Shown here piece after piece: positions 40,061 to 50,688 of a stretch of DNA of 64,000 nt. The stretch is from IMG/VR virus record IMGVR_UViG_3300022562_001814, positions 64,001-128,000 of that record; one strand, written 5' to 3'. Under the pieces are notes generated by a model that saw only the letters and a list, made by a program, of their open reading frames with translations, had not been told where the DNA came from and did not search any database. Position numbers and translations under genes: made by a program. This stretch comes from a virus. The stretch's first letter is position 1. Every line of letters begins with the position of its first letter.

Positions 40061-40948
40061 ATGGGATTTTTAGGCGAAGTGGGTGGGGTTTTAAATAGCG
40101 CATTAGATAGTGCTATTTCTGGCGGTGAATCAGTATTAGATCGTTTAACTTCTAGCAGCGTTGCGCAACAGCGTTCTTTTGAAAAGGAAGGATTTATTAT
40201 TCCTCCTATTCCTTCAGCGAGCGGAGAGGGATTACCTGCAAGTAAAATACCCTCTCAACGCGGATTTAGAAACAAAAGGCATATTATACATTGGTTTGTT
40301 CCTGAAATAGGTGTAATTAATATGTATATTAATCCTCAATCTATTGATTATAATTTTAAAAAACTTATTACACCAGAAAGAACCAAAGGCGGATATGTTA
40401 TTCAATATTGGGGAGAAGAATTACCAACATTAGGTTTGCACGGAACAACAGGTAGTTCTGGAGTTGAAGGACTAAATGTTTTGTATGAAATTTATAGAGC
40501 GGAACAATTAAATTTTGATCCGATTGGATTAACCTTAGCCTCTGATAGTATGGTATCAGGATTAGGTAATCTTATTGGTGGTGCAAGCCAAACTTTAGGA
40601 GGTTTGGGCGGCGAATTACTCTCTTCAACAGCAGGAGTATTAGGACTTAATCCTTTAACACAAAGTATACTTCCACGTAATCCGCCAACCCTAGCTACAT
40701 TAGCTTTTGGTGTTGAAATGTATTATAATGGTTGGGTATTTCGTGGATATTTTAATAGTATGTCTTGGAAAGAATCTGTAGATAGATTAGGTATGTTTGA
40801 TTACGATATACAGTTTACAGTAACTCAACGTCGTGGATATAGATATAATTATCTACCATTTCAACGTAGCGCTAATAATGGTCCAAGTAATAATTCTGAA
40901 GGTGGCGTACCATTAAGCTATGGAGTAGGACCTTCATTTGATAGGTAA
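40061..40948 (+). CDS. putative tail tube initiator / baseplate protein
   Basis: MYINPQSI..KK...RTKGG..QYWGE....LHGTTG ... FRGYF.SM...E....FDYDIQF pattern; position after TMP. Confidence 0.6.
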   Translation: MGFLGEVGGVLNSALDSAISGGESVLDRLTSSSVAQQRSFEKEGFIIPPIPSASGEGLPASKIPSQRGFRNKRHIIHWFVPEIGVINMYINPQSIDYNFKKLITPERTKGGYVIQYWGEELPTLGLHGTTGSSGVEGLNVLYEIYRAEQLNFDPIGLTLASDSMVSGLGNLIGGASQTLGGLGGELLSSTAGVLGLNPLTQSILPRNPPTLATLAFGVEMYYNGWVFRGYFNSMSWKESVDRLGMFDYDIQFTVTQRRGYRYNYLPFQRSANNGPSNNSEGGVPLSYGVGPSFDR

Positions 40949-40950
40949 AT

Positions 40951-41670
40951 ATGAAAGAAGAATTAAAATATTGTAAATATTGTGACAGTATGCAAATATC
41001 AAATACATTTCGTTACTTAAAATGTAGTAAATGTGTGAAATTACAAAAAAATAAAGTTTATACAATATATTATAAAAATAATAAGAAAAAAATACTTCAA
41101 GTTCGGAAAAAATACTGTGAAAATAATTCAGAAAAAATAAAATCATATTATGAAAAAAATAAAACTATTATACTTATAAAGAAAAAAATATATAAACAAA
41201 AAAATGCGGAAGCCATATCGATATATAATAAAAAATATAAAGAAAAAAATAGAGAAAAAATTAATAAACAAAGACAAGAGCGTTATCATAAAGATGTTTT
41301 TTATAGATTAAGAAATATAATATCTACTACCATTAGAAGTTATTTATATTCAAATAAAAGTAATAATTCTATTTATAATTATTTACCGTTCACAATACAA
41401 GAATTAAAACAACATTTAGAATCTCAATTTGAATCTTGGATGACGTGGGAAAATTATGGAAGATATAATATTAAAAATTGGAATGATAATGACTCTTCTA
41501 CTTGGACCTGGAATATAGATCATATAATTCCACAATCTAAGTTACCTTATATATCTATGGAAGATGATAATTTTAAACAATGCTGGTCACTCAATAATTT
41601 ACGCCCATTAAGTGCGAAACAAAATTTTATTGATGGAGTTACTTTAATACGTCATATAAAAGAGAAATAA
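40951..41670 (+). CDS. HNH-family homing endonuclease, paralog of 34480..35409
   Basis: LKQHLESQF..WMTWENYG..WNIDHIIP..CWSLNNLRPLSAKQN; Y/K/N-rich helical repeats. Confidence 0.85.
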   Translation: MKEELKYCKYCDSMQISNTFRYLKCSKCVKLQKNKVYTIYYKNNKKKILQVRKKYCENNSEKIKSYYEKNKTIILIKKKIYKQKNAEAISIYNKKYKEKNREKINKQRQERYHKDVFYRLRNIISTTIRSYLYSNKSNNSIYNYLPFTIQELKQHLESQFESWMTWENYGRYNIKNWNDNDSSTWTWNIDHIIPQSKLPYISMEDDNFKQCWSLNNLRPLSAKQNFIDGVTLIRHIKEK

Positions 41671-44600
41671 ATGACAGATATTTTTGATACACTTGGTAAT
41701 GTTTTAGAATCTCAATTTTCACTTGGTGAAAATAAACTTCATAGTCTAGATATTGTTAGAAATGGGCATGCCGTTTCTTATGGGCGTCTTGGTGAATTCG
41801 CTGATAAATTTGATAAAAGCGCCGAACGTAGCTATACAGAAGAGGGCTTTTATAGGACCGATTTGTTTAATCCAAGAGCGAAACAATTAGAAATCTGGAT
41901 GCAAGAACCAGATGTTACTATTTTAGTTAAAAAACGTGCTTTTTCTTCATTAGTAGAGAATTATAAAAATGATTTATTAAATAAAGATGAGAGATTATTT
42001 ATTAGAGCAAGTAAGTTTTTATTTCAAAATAAATGTAAACAAATTGCCGCCTATGAAAAATTAACTAAAATTTCTACTATCGCTACTGAAATTGGTGCCG
42101 TTGATTATCATTTATTACCTGTTTTATTTTCTACGACAGATACTTTAGATTCAATTTTTGGTGGCACTAGCTCTTATCAATCTTTTAAACAAGTAGTTGA
42201 TCGGGTAAGAACTATTACTAATTTATCTAAAGATAATGTTTATACAACTTGGACCACAAATGTATTAAATTCATTTAGAACAGATTTGGGTGAAGGTACT
42301 GGTGTTATTGAATTTACAACGGCTGCCAGCATTAATACAACTTCATCGATTCATTTTGGAGGTGGTAGTTGTAATATTACATTTGTAGATCCATACGAGC
42401 TAATGTTAATTACTCATAATGATATAGAGCAAGCTATTGCAGATGCTACTAGTACAATTATGGGTAGTGCATTTACTCAGCTTGGATTAAGAGAATTAGA
42501 AAATGGTATACAATCGGACAAAACATTATTAAATAAAATACGTGCTAGCAGAGGCGCAAATCCTATTAATTTTATTGTAAATCCAGATACTTTCTTAGGC
42601 AAAAGAGTTCGAGCTATTGTGGATGGGACTGGGCAAGAAATTAAATTTGACGGTTCATTATTTAAAGTTGATATTGACCCAGCATACATATTTCCGAGTG
42701 GCGGGCTTCTTGATGTAAATGGATTGAGTAATGGTAAATTACCAAGCGGTGATTTAGCTAATGCAATAGATACAATATTTGATACTTCTATAGCTCAACC
42801 AAATACCGAAGTTAAAATTTTTGAAAGTATTGTTAAACGTATATTTAATCAAATTCAAATTAATACTAATTCCAGAAAAGTTAGTAAAAAACATAATGCA
42901 AGTACCAATACTTTAAGAAAAAAATTAAGATTACATTATGGTTCTAAATTAATTATTCAGCCTATGGATTCGGTGCATGTATTCATTAGCTCTAAAACTA
43001 CGGTTGATAATAAAATTTTAGGGGGATTACAAGATTCTTTAAATGCTGTTGGATTTTTACAAACAGCAAATAAAGCTTTAATGAATTTACAGGATTTTTT
43101 TCATGCAGGAAAAGATAATTCAATTGAAAAAGCATTATTTGTAGGCAAAGACTTTCCTAATTGGTTATGGCTTATGATGCGTAATCAAATTACAACGGAT
43201 AAGAGTGGTACTCAAGTTTTTGCGGGGTTAGTAGAGAATAATAGCTCTAATTATGATAATAATACTTTTACAGTTAACATAAGTGCTAAAGATAATTCTT
43301 CTTATTTTAATTTTGGAGTAGTGAATTATAAACCGGCACTTGATGTTTGGAACGGTTCTCTTTTTGATCCTATCACTCCTTTTAATATTGAATTTGATCG
43401 AGCAACTGGGTTTCAAAAAGATCAAATACCAGAACTATTACAAGAGAATCAAGATTTATTTAAATCGGCTTTTATTAAATATAAAAATGGAATATATGTA
43501 GGAAAAAAACCAACTGTAAATAATTTTGTACAAGATACTGACACTATACAAAACGCTTCCGTAAGACGAATTTTTTATGATCCAGACGGAATGGTGTATA
43601 AATGGAAAGAAGGTATTGGTACATTAGTAATGTTTGGAAATAATTACGAAGAAAATCCGTCCACACATACTTCTACCCCACCAACTACTAATGATCCGTT
43701 TGCGGGACAAGATGTTATGAATGTTTTGTCTTTAATGGTAACTGGAGAGCCTTATAATTTTGCTACCTTCTATAAAGCGGCTTCGCAATTTGATAGTTTT
43801 GGGCGAGATCCTCATACGGGTGGAGATCCATCAACATCATTTTTTAGAAATTTTCAAACAGATCTTAAAAAACGTAATTTATTATATGGTAATTTCGTTC
43901 CTTTTAAAAAATTAGTTACAGATACTGAAACTTATAAAAATGTTTTAAATGGAACTATTAGAACCGAAAGTTTTGAACGAGAATTAAATGAATTATTAGA
44001 ACAGAGAGCCGATCTTATAGATAGACAAACTTATCTTGGCCCCGATAATATTAATGCTAGAAATTTACAACCTAGAATTAATGAATTAAATAAAAAAATA
44101 AGTGTAAAAAAACAAAAAATAGCAGATGAATTAAAACAAATAAATAAACCTATTAGTTTGATAGGTAATGATGTCAGTTTGGATTATAGTTCAGATAATT
44201 TATTAGATGCAGGAAATAAAAATAATTTAAGTGATGCAGATAGATTAAATAGAGATTTAAGAAGAAGGATTCATTATCTTACTCGAAGATTATCTTGGAA
44301 AGTAAGAGCAAATGAAGATATTAATTTATTTATTGTAGATGACTCTTATGATAAAGATTATGATATTCAGGAATTTGAAAAATCATTCACCAATCCAGAT
44401 CTTTTTAGAAGTGAATATACGACCGTTGATGAACAAATTAAAAGAGTAAGCCAACTTCTAGATTTAGAAGTATTTGCTGACACTCAAGGACACATTAGAG
44501 TTCGTGTACCTCAATATAATAAAATACCAAGTAGCGTATTTTATAGAATGATAAGATTGAAACAAGAATTTGATATTCAACTTTATCCTCAATTTTTAGA

Positions 44601-46473
44601 GGATCTTTATGTTACACAACTTACTAATATTTTAGATAGATTAGAAATTATTGAAGATGAAATTCGTATGTATGGTTTAGCTCTGGGATTAAACACAGAT
44701 GCTAAACTCGAACAATATATTTCTACTAAAGGTCCAAATATTCCAGGTAATAAAGTTTTTACAACTTTTAAATTTATTTCAGACGAATCTACAGGCGCTA
44801 CTTCCAGAATTATTTTAAAAGATTTATCATCAACTGATAATCCTGATGAAGTTTTGCAATTATTTAGTAATGGATTAAATGCAAATAATTCTCTTAGCAC
44901 ACAAGCCACCGTTAATAATATTTTAAGTACATATTCAAGAGTTGATCTTTTAAGTCAAACGACTCAAGCATTTATTGGTAAAGATGTTAATAGTATAACT
45001 TCTAATGAAGGAGATCTGAATAGAAAAGAAAAAATTGCAGATAGATTGTATCAAAAATCCGGACAAGAATTCGATTTAAAACAACTATTTACCAATAGTA
45101 ATAAATTATTGGGAGGAAAATCTGTTAGTCAAGGAGATTTATTAAAAGTTTTAAATGAAATTTCAACTAGAATTTCTGAAAGACAACGTATTATTAAAAT
45201 TGCGGCAAAAGCATTACAAAATGCTCAAGAAGGTGTATCTTTAATTCAAAATAAAGGACAAATAGCAAATAAATTAATCACTCCAGGATTATTAAATAAT
45301 AGTCAAATTCCACAAGGCTTTGAAGGCATTATTGAAGATGAAAGTTATGATGATTATGGTCCTGGGTCTGGAAAACGTTACATTATTAAACCACAACATA
45401 TTAAAAGTATGTCTATTACAGAACATGCTCCATCATTTACAAGTGTTGAAGTATCTGGAAAATTTGGTGATAATTATATAAATAATTTACCTGATAGCTT
45501 AAATGGATTTACTGGTCCTGGAAATGCATTAACTACCGCGCTTGCAGTTGATTATGATTTATGGCGTATGTATGGTGTTAGAATACCACAATCAATAAAT
45601 GCACCATATTTAACCGATCCACAAACTCAATGTGCTCCGTTCGCAGTTGCTTTACTTAATAAAGCAAGAAAACAAATTCATGATGGTTCCACAATTAATA
45701 TATTTGGTAATGAATATATGCAACCGGGAGAAGTAATTTATATAGAACATCTTGATAATTTATTTTATGTAGAAAGTGTTCAGCATCGTATTAATTATGG
45801 TAGAGAATTTTCTACTTCATTAAATGTATCTTATGGTCATATGCCGGGACAATATATTCCAACTTATCTAGATACTGTTGGAAAAATTCTATACAAAAAT
45901 AAAGATATTACTAATTTTGTTAATATTAGACAGGATAATGTTAATAATGAACAACATATTGGTACTATTATTGGTAGTTCTGATGGTACATTTACTAGTC
46001 CAAGCGATCAAATCAGTAAAGGCATTTATGCACAGTTAAATAGACAGACATTGAATGATATATTGCAAGCAGCTGATTCTGCTTTTAGTGTTGCTGGAGC
46101 TAATTATCAACCAACTCTTGAATTAAGAATTTATTATGCTTCTAGTTCGGGTTTTAGTTCTTTCAGTCCTAATGCGCAAGCGCTAGCAGAAGCGATAAAA
46201 CAATTTCTTATTGGTGCTCAAAATGGCTTATCAGAATCATTTAAATTAAAACAACCTAGTTCATTTCTTAAAAATCAACAAGATTTTATTAATGTGGTGT
46301 CAATTGATTCCGATGATCCTGAAGAAAATAGATCTCCTTCCTCTCAAGCTTATAATATGGCTCGAGTTACACTTGATAAAAAATCAACAAGAAATGAAGC
46401 CAATGCTAACAAAGTAGATACAGTGATATATAAATACGTAGTCGATTGTTGGATAAATTTTACAAGTGATTAA
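41671..46473 (+). CDS. baseplate hub-like protein, greatly expanded
   Basis: QVFAGLV, LEVFADTQGHIRVR.P, GNEYMQPGEVIYI..LFYVESVQH..FSTSLNV motifs typical of hub (gpD/gp27-like) proteins; 1600 aa. Confidence 0.62.
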   Translation: MTDIFDTLGNVLESQFSLGENKLHSLDIVRNGHAVSYGRLGEFADKFDKSAERSYTEEGFYRTDLFNPRAKQLEIWMQEPDVTILVKKRAFSSLVENYKNDLLNKDERLFIRASKFLFQNKCKQIAAYEKLTKISTIATEIGAVDYHLLPVLFSTTDTLDSIFGGTSSYQSFKQVVDRVRTITNLSKDNVYTTWTTNVLNSFRTDLGEGTGVIEFTTAASINTTSSIHFGGGSCNITFVDPYELMLITHNDIEQAIADATSTIMGSAFTQLGLRELENGIQSDKTLLNKIRASRGANPINFIVNPDTFLGKRVRAIVDGTGQEIKFDGSLFKVDIDPAYIFPSGGLLDVNGLSNGKLPSGDLANAIDTIFDTSIAQPNTEVKIFESIVKRIFNQIQINTNSRKVSKKHNASTNTLRKKLRLHYGSKLIIQPMDSVHVFISSKTTVDNKILGGLQDSLNAVGFLQTANKALMNLQDFFHAGKDNSIEKALFVGKDFPNWLWLMMRNQITTDKSGTQVFAGLVENNSSNYDNNTFTVNISAKDNSSYFNFGVVNYKPALDVWNGSLFDPITPFNIEFDRATGFQKDQIPELLQENQDLFKSAFIKYKNGIYVGKKPTVNNFVQDTDTIQNASVRRIFYDPDGMVYKWKEGIGTLVMFGNNYEENPSTHTSTPPTTNDPFAGQDVMNVLSLMVTGEPYNFATFYKAASQFDSFGRDPHTGGDPSTSFFRNFQTDLKKRNLLYGNFVPFKKLVTDTETYKNVLNGTIRTESFERELNELLEQRADLIDRQTYLGPDNINARNLQPRINELNKKISVKKQKIADELKQINKPISLIGNDVSLDYSSDNLLDAGNKNNLSDADRLNRDLRRRIHYLTRRLSWKVRANEDINLFIVDDSYDKDYDIQEFEKSFTNPDLFRSEYTTVDEQIKRVSQLLDLEVFADTQGHIRVRVPQYNKIPSSVFYRMIRLKQEFDIQLYPQFLEDLYVTQLTNILDRLEIIEDEIRMYGLALGLNTDAKLEQYISTKGPNIPGNKVFTTFKFISDESTGATSRIILKDLSSTDNPDEVLQLFSNGLNANNSLSTQATVNNILSTYSRVDLLSQTTQAFIGKDVNSITSNEGDLNRKEKIADRLYQKSGQEFDLKQLFTNSNKLLGGKSVSQGDLLKVLNEISTRISERQRIIKIAAKALQNAQEGVSLIQNKGQIANKLITPGLLNNSQIPQGFEGIIEDESYDDYGPGSGKRYIIKPQHIKSMSITEHAPSFTSVEVSGKFGDNYINNLPDSLNGFTGPGNALTTALAVDYDLWRMYGVRIPQSINAPYLTDPQTQCAPFAVALLNKARKQIHDGSTINIFGNEYMQPGEVIYIEHLDNLFYVESVQHRINYGREFSTSLNVSYGHMPGQYIPTYLDTVGKILYKNKDITNFVNIRQDNVNNEQHIGTIIGSSDGTFTSPSDQISKGIYAQLNRQTLNDILQAADSAFSVAGANYQPTLELRIYYASSSGFSSFSPNAQALAEAIKQFLIGAQNGLSESFKLKQPSSFLKNQQDFINVVSIDSDDPEENRSPSSQAYNMARVTLDKKSTRNEANANKVDTVIYKYVVDCWINFTSD

Positions 46474-46479
46474 GGACCA

Positions 46480-48522
46480 ATGGTAGGAACGAGTCAAACA
46501 ACAATAGGTCGTGTACCCGGTTTATTAAGACTAGGAGTTATTTTATCTTTTGATTCTGATGTTCTTGGTGTACAAGTTTATATTGGTTCTTTAAAAGAAT
46601 ATAATGCAATACGGCAAGATATTAATAATATTGTTTTAGCACAATTGCCAGTTAATTATTTTGCTGTTGGTAAACGTCCTCCAAAAAAAGCTTTTGTAGG
46701 CGGATATCCAGAAAGTGGTACCCCAGTATTAGTTGCACAAGCAGATGGTGGACAATGGTACATTGTTACTATATTAGCTAAAGATCCTGCAGCATTAAAT
46801 ACTGTTATACCTTCAGTTCCAGAGCTAAATTCTGGCTCTTATATTCTCCAATATAATGATAATTATATTAAATTAGATCAAAATGACGGTATTACATTAG
46901 GAGAAGATAATAACAGTCTTATTTTAGATACAGGCAGGGACGTCTTTGTTGACACTTTTGATAATAAATATGTTTTTACAGAAGCTTCCCGTACTGTTGA
47001 AGGTATTATTAAAAGAGATGTGGAACCCAAAGAAGCTTATGCCTCTTCTTTAAGAGAATCAAATCCACAATATGATGATACACTTAAAAAAATTGGATTA
47101 GATCCTATAGCTGCTCAAAATTGGTCAAATATCGGTTCTTCAATTCGTAATCCATTACGAACTGAAAAAAGAGAAATTGTATATGAATTTGGGCGAAGTT
47201 TTAATATATTAGATGATGAGAAAGAGTTTTTATCATATAAAGATAGTGCTAATATCAAGATAAGCGATATTTTAAATAGACGTGAAAGTCGTGCTGATGC
47301 TTTAAGTTTAAGTTTAGTTTCTCCTAATTATTTGATGGAAACGATAAAAGGTACCGTTGTTGATATTTATGGTAATGTATTAGATATTAACAGATCTGTT
47401 ATTCCATTAGGAAAAATAGAAAAATTATCAATTAAAAAAATTAAAACAAATTTACAAGAACAAGATCCATTAGGAAATGTATTTCAAAATATTAAAGCTT
47501 TAGAAAGAAGAGAAATTGCTTATCATTTTGAGTTAAATGCAAAGAAAAATGTTTTAGGTCCACCCGATGCCACAAAACGAGATGATTACGCTAGAGATCG
47601 TAGTAGATTTTTCTTAGATATTGATAAAGAGGGTGTATTTAAACTAAATGTACCAGCGTCCAGTGAAACTGGTAACGTTCCATTATTAACTAGATATGAA
47701 AATTTTTCTACTATTACGCCAAATGAAAAAACTAAAGATCCTAATGATTTAGTTTTTAATCAAAATACTCAAGATATTTTAATTGAATCTTTTATTGGTG
47801 ATAATGCTGTTGTTGAAATAATAGATGAACTTAATGGCAATGCTTCTCCTTTAGATAGATTTTCATCTGAAAATAATCCTACTTATATTAAACACGGCAC
47901 TGTTTATCATAATATAGCTGATACATGCAGTACGTTTCAGCAAAATAATATTATTTATGAACGAATAGTAACGACCAATTTGGCAACTGGACGAGTTGCT
48001 GATAAAGTAGATATTATAAAACAACAAATTAAAATTTCCGGAGATGATGCTGATGGTGGCGGAAGAAGCGGAAGTTTAAATTTTGATGGCTCTATAGAGG
48101 TTAATATTGGAGCCAATACTGTTGACCGTCATTCTGTTTGGCTTGATTTACAAGGCGCTTTAATTGGTAATGTTGGTAGAGATTTGCGTAATAATATTTC
48201 AGCAGCACTTCAATTTGACGGAGAAGTATTAATACAAAGTGGCGGTACCACGCCTAATAATGATAGTAGATTTATAAAATCAGGTATTAATAATGGTAGA
48301 AAACCGGGCGTAATAGATTTACGGGTTATTAATCAATCGGGAAAAGTTAATGTAATAAGAATAGATAATGAAGGTATTACAATTCACGCTGAAAGTAGAT
48401 TTACAGTGTATTCTCATGGAGATATAATGATGAGAAATACTGGTACATTTAATATTGAATCTGATAATTTATTACTAAATGGACGCAAAGTACGTAAAGA
48501 TACGGGGCTCGGTTCAATTTAA
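46480..48522 (+). CDS. baseplate central spike-like protein
   Basis: N-terminal OB-like GGYPESGTPVLV; C-terminal short beta-strand repeats; follows hub. Confidence 0.55.
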   Translation: MVGTSQTTIGRVPGLLRLGVILSFDSDVLGVQVYIGSLKEYNAIRQDINNIVLAQLPVNYFAVGKRPPKKAFVGGYPESGTPVLVAQADGGQWYIVTILAKDPAALNTVIPSVPELNSGSYILQYNDNYIKLDQNDGITLGEDNNSLILDTGRDVFVDTFDNKYVFTEASRTVEGIIKRDVEPKEAYASSLRESNPQYDDTLKKIGLDPIAAQNWSNIGSSIRNPLRTEKREIVYEFGRSFNILDDEKEFLSYKDSANIKISDILNRRESRADALSLSLVSPNYLMETIKGTVVDIYGNVLDINRSVIPLGKIEKLSIKKIKTNLQEQDPLGNVFQNIKALERREIAYHFELNAKKNVLGPPDATKRDDYARDRSRFFLDIDKEGVFKLNVPASSETGNVPLLTRYENFSTITPNEKTKDPNDLVFNQNTQDILIESFIGDNAVVEIIDELNGNASPLDRFSSENNPTYIKHGTVYHNIADTCSTFQQNNIIYERIVTTNLATGRVADKVDIIKQQIKISGDDADGGGRSGSLNFDGSIEVNIGANTVDRHSVWLDLQGALIGNVGRDLRNNISAALQFDGEVLIQSGGTTPNNDSRFIKSGINNGRKPGVIDLRVINQSGKVNVIRIDNEGITIHAESRFTVYSHGDIMMRNTGTFNIESDNLLLNGRKVRKDTGLGSI

Positions 48523-48589
48523 TAAATAATAATTAGATGTTAAAATTAATTTTGTTGATGGTATATATAAGCATAAGAAGAAATAAATA

Positions 48590-50686
48590 ATGCCTTGTAA
48601 CCCCATCGACGATTCAGACGTAATACTTCCTGATTTACCATCAGACTTTAACGGTTTGGCAGTCCCGCAATTACCTCCTTTTGATATTCCGTTTCCTAAT
48701 TTACCTATTGAGGACTTATTAGATCTTTTTAATACATTAAATATGATTTTGCCTCCAGGAATTTTGAGACCAAACTTATCTCCTCAATTTTCTAAAAATG
48801 TTTTGGATGCGATTTTATCATTATTAGAAAAATTTATGCCATTTTTAATGTTGTATACATTTTTCATGCCAATTTTGAATATGATTTTATGTATAATTGA
48901 AGTATTATGTTCAATTAATAATCCATTTAAACTTATTAAAGCAATTATTAGATTATTTAGAGTTTGTATTCCCGAATTTTTGTCTTTATTTCCATTTTTG
49001 GCGTTAATAATGATGATAATTTCTTTATTATTGTTAATTTTAGCATTAATTCTTTATTTAATAGAACGTATTATTGCTTTAATTAAACAAATTATCGAAA
49101 ATATAAGAATTTTATCAGAAGCGGTTGCTTCAGCGGACAATGATAGCGTTATTGCAATTACAATTAAGTTAGGGGATTTGCTTTGTATATTTCAAAACTT
49201 ATTTGTATTATTAGGTGTAATAATTTTAATCTTTCAACTAATTGAAAGATTATTAAATCTTAGTTTTAAATTACCACCATGCGATGATGATGATGGCAGT
49301 GATGATGGGTGTTGTACCACCGATGTTTGCCCTTCATTTATTAAAAATAATAAAGAAATCACTTCAACCGGCACTTTACAATATTTTAATAAAGTTATAG
49401 AAACTGGAAGTATATTTGGTTCAGAAACTTTGCGAGAATCTAGTTATCAATTATATGATGAAGCGGCAAGCACTGCATTAGCATTTAATAATATTACGCA
49501 TGCATTCGATTTACCTAATGGTGTATCTCAAGTTTTCTTTCCCGAAGGTAAAACATATACATCAACATCTAATTCTAATGGAGTTCCTTACTTAGCCGAT
49601 ATAAGATTTTATTATGATCCATTAATTTTCGGACGTAATGATACGTTAGGTGCAAGATTTATCAGAATTAAAAATTGTATTGTATTACAGGCTCCAGTTG
49701 ATGGTGTTTATGATTATCAAAATAATTTAATAGAACCATTTAATGGAACATTATCATTAGGTGGTGGTACAGCCTATGAAGATGATGGAATTACTGTTAT
49801 GAAAGTATCTTCTTCTGACGCAGGTGCGGGAACTTTGAATACAGTTATCACATTGCCTGATACTGTTTCTGATAATCCAGTATTATCACCAACAGATGGA
49901 TTAAAATTTGAACAAATAACATATACTTTTAAAATTAATCACACAATTTTGGTTGCAGAAGATTTAATTACATTAGGATGCCATCCGGATGTTGCTTTAA
50001 ATAAAAACTTTATGAATAGCACGATAGCGTCTAGATTAAATACAAATGCAGCTATTTTAAGAGGTATTACCTTACCAAATGTTCAAGACACACAAGATTG
50101 TATTTTAAATGCAGTAAATAAATTTAGACAAAGTGTTTCAGTAGAATCTGCTGAAACTCTACAATCTGAATGTATAGATTGTTTACATAATTTACAATCA
50201 CAAGTCAATCAAGTACTAGGAGAAGTTATTGATGCTGGATTTGATCCTTATAATAGTGATTTTGAATTAGATCCGAGCATTCAATTTACTACAAAACCAA
50301 TTAATGTATTAGTTACGCTAAATGAATCAAGTGGTAATAATATAGCAACGAATTTGCCAGCTGAAGTTGGCTCCGATCTTGCGACCAATTTAAGTGCAGA
50401 TATTACGTTAGGAAATATAACCGATTTTAGTTATGATGGTTCTAGTCAATTTGTTGCACAAATTACAAGCTCTCAAGCCGGTAATGGTGTGATTAAAGTT
50501 GCTTATAACAATCAATTTATTAGTATTTTAAATAATCCTGCAGATACCACCCAAACGCCTAGCGTAACAACTAAAGAATTATTATATACATTTGTTCAAT
50601 CTTCATCTGCTGCAACAGGAATTGGCGGAGATTCAGGAGCTGTAAGACGCGATGAAAGTGATGTAGCTAGAGATAATGGAGAATAA
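48590..50686 (+). CDS. membrane-segment-rich baseplate-region protein
   Basis: Long hydrophobic helices (aa ~75-225), Cys/Asp cluster PPCDDDDGSDDGCCTTDVCP, C-terminal Ig-like region. Confidence 0.7.
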   Translation: MPCNPIDDSDVILPDLPSDFNGLAVPQLPPFDIPFPNLPIEDLLDLFNTLNMILPPGILRPNLSPQFSKNVLDAILSLLEKFMPFLMLYTFFMPILNMILCIIEVLCSINNPFKLIKAIIRLFRVCIPEFLSLFPFLALIMMIISLLLLILALILYLIERIIALIKQIIENIRILSEAVASADNDSVIAITIKLGDLLCIFQNLFVLLGVIILIFQLIERLLNLSFKLPPCDDDDGSDDGCCTTDVCPSFIKNNKEITSTGTLQYFNKVIETGSIFGSETLRESSYQLYDEAASTALAFNNITHAFDLPNGVSQVFFPEGKTYTSTSNSNGVPYLADIRFYYDPLIFGRNDTLGARFIRIKNCIVLQAPVDGVYDYQNNLIEPFNGTLSLGGGTAYEDDGITVMKVSSSDAGAGTLNTVITLPDTVSDNPVLSPTDGLKFEQITYTFKINHTILVAEDLITLGCHPDVALNKNFMNSTIASRLNTNAAILRGITLPNVQDTQDCILNAVNKFRQSVSVESAETLQSECIDCLHNLQSQVNQVLGEVIDAGFDPYNSDFELDPSIQFTTKPINVLVTLNESSGNNIATNLPAEVGSDLATNLSADITLGNITDFSYDGSSQFVAQITSSQAGNGVIKVAYNNQFISILNNPADTTQTPSVTTKELLYTFVQSSSAATGIGGDSGAVRRDESDVARDNGE

Positions 50687-50688
50687 TA

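Noticed and set aside
41415-41718. Identical 16-mer tttagaatctcaattt in the HNH gene and the hub gene
   Set aside because: Both encode LESQF with preferred codons in AT-rich DNA; it does not flank the element like a target-site duplication
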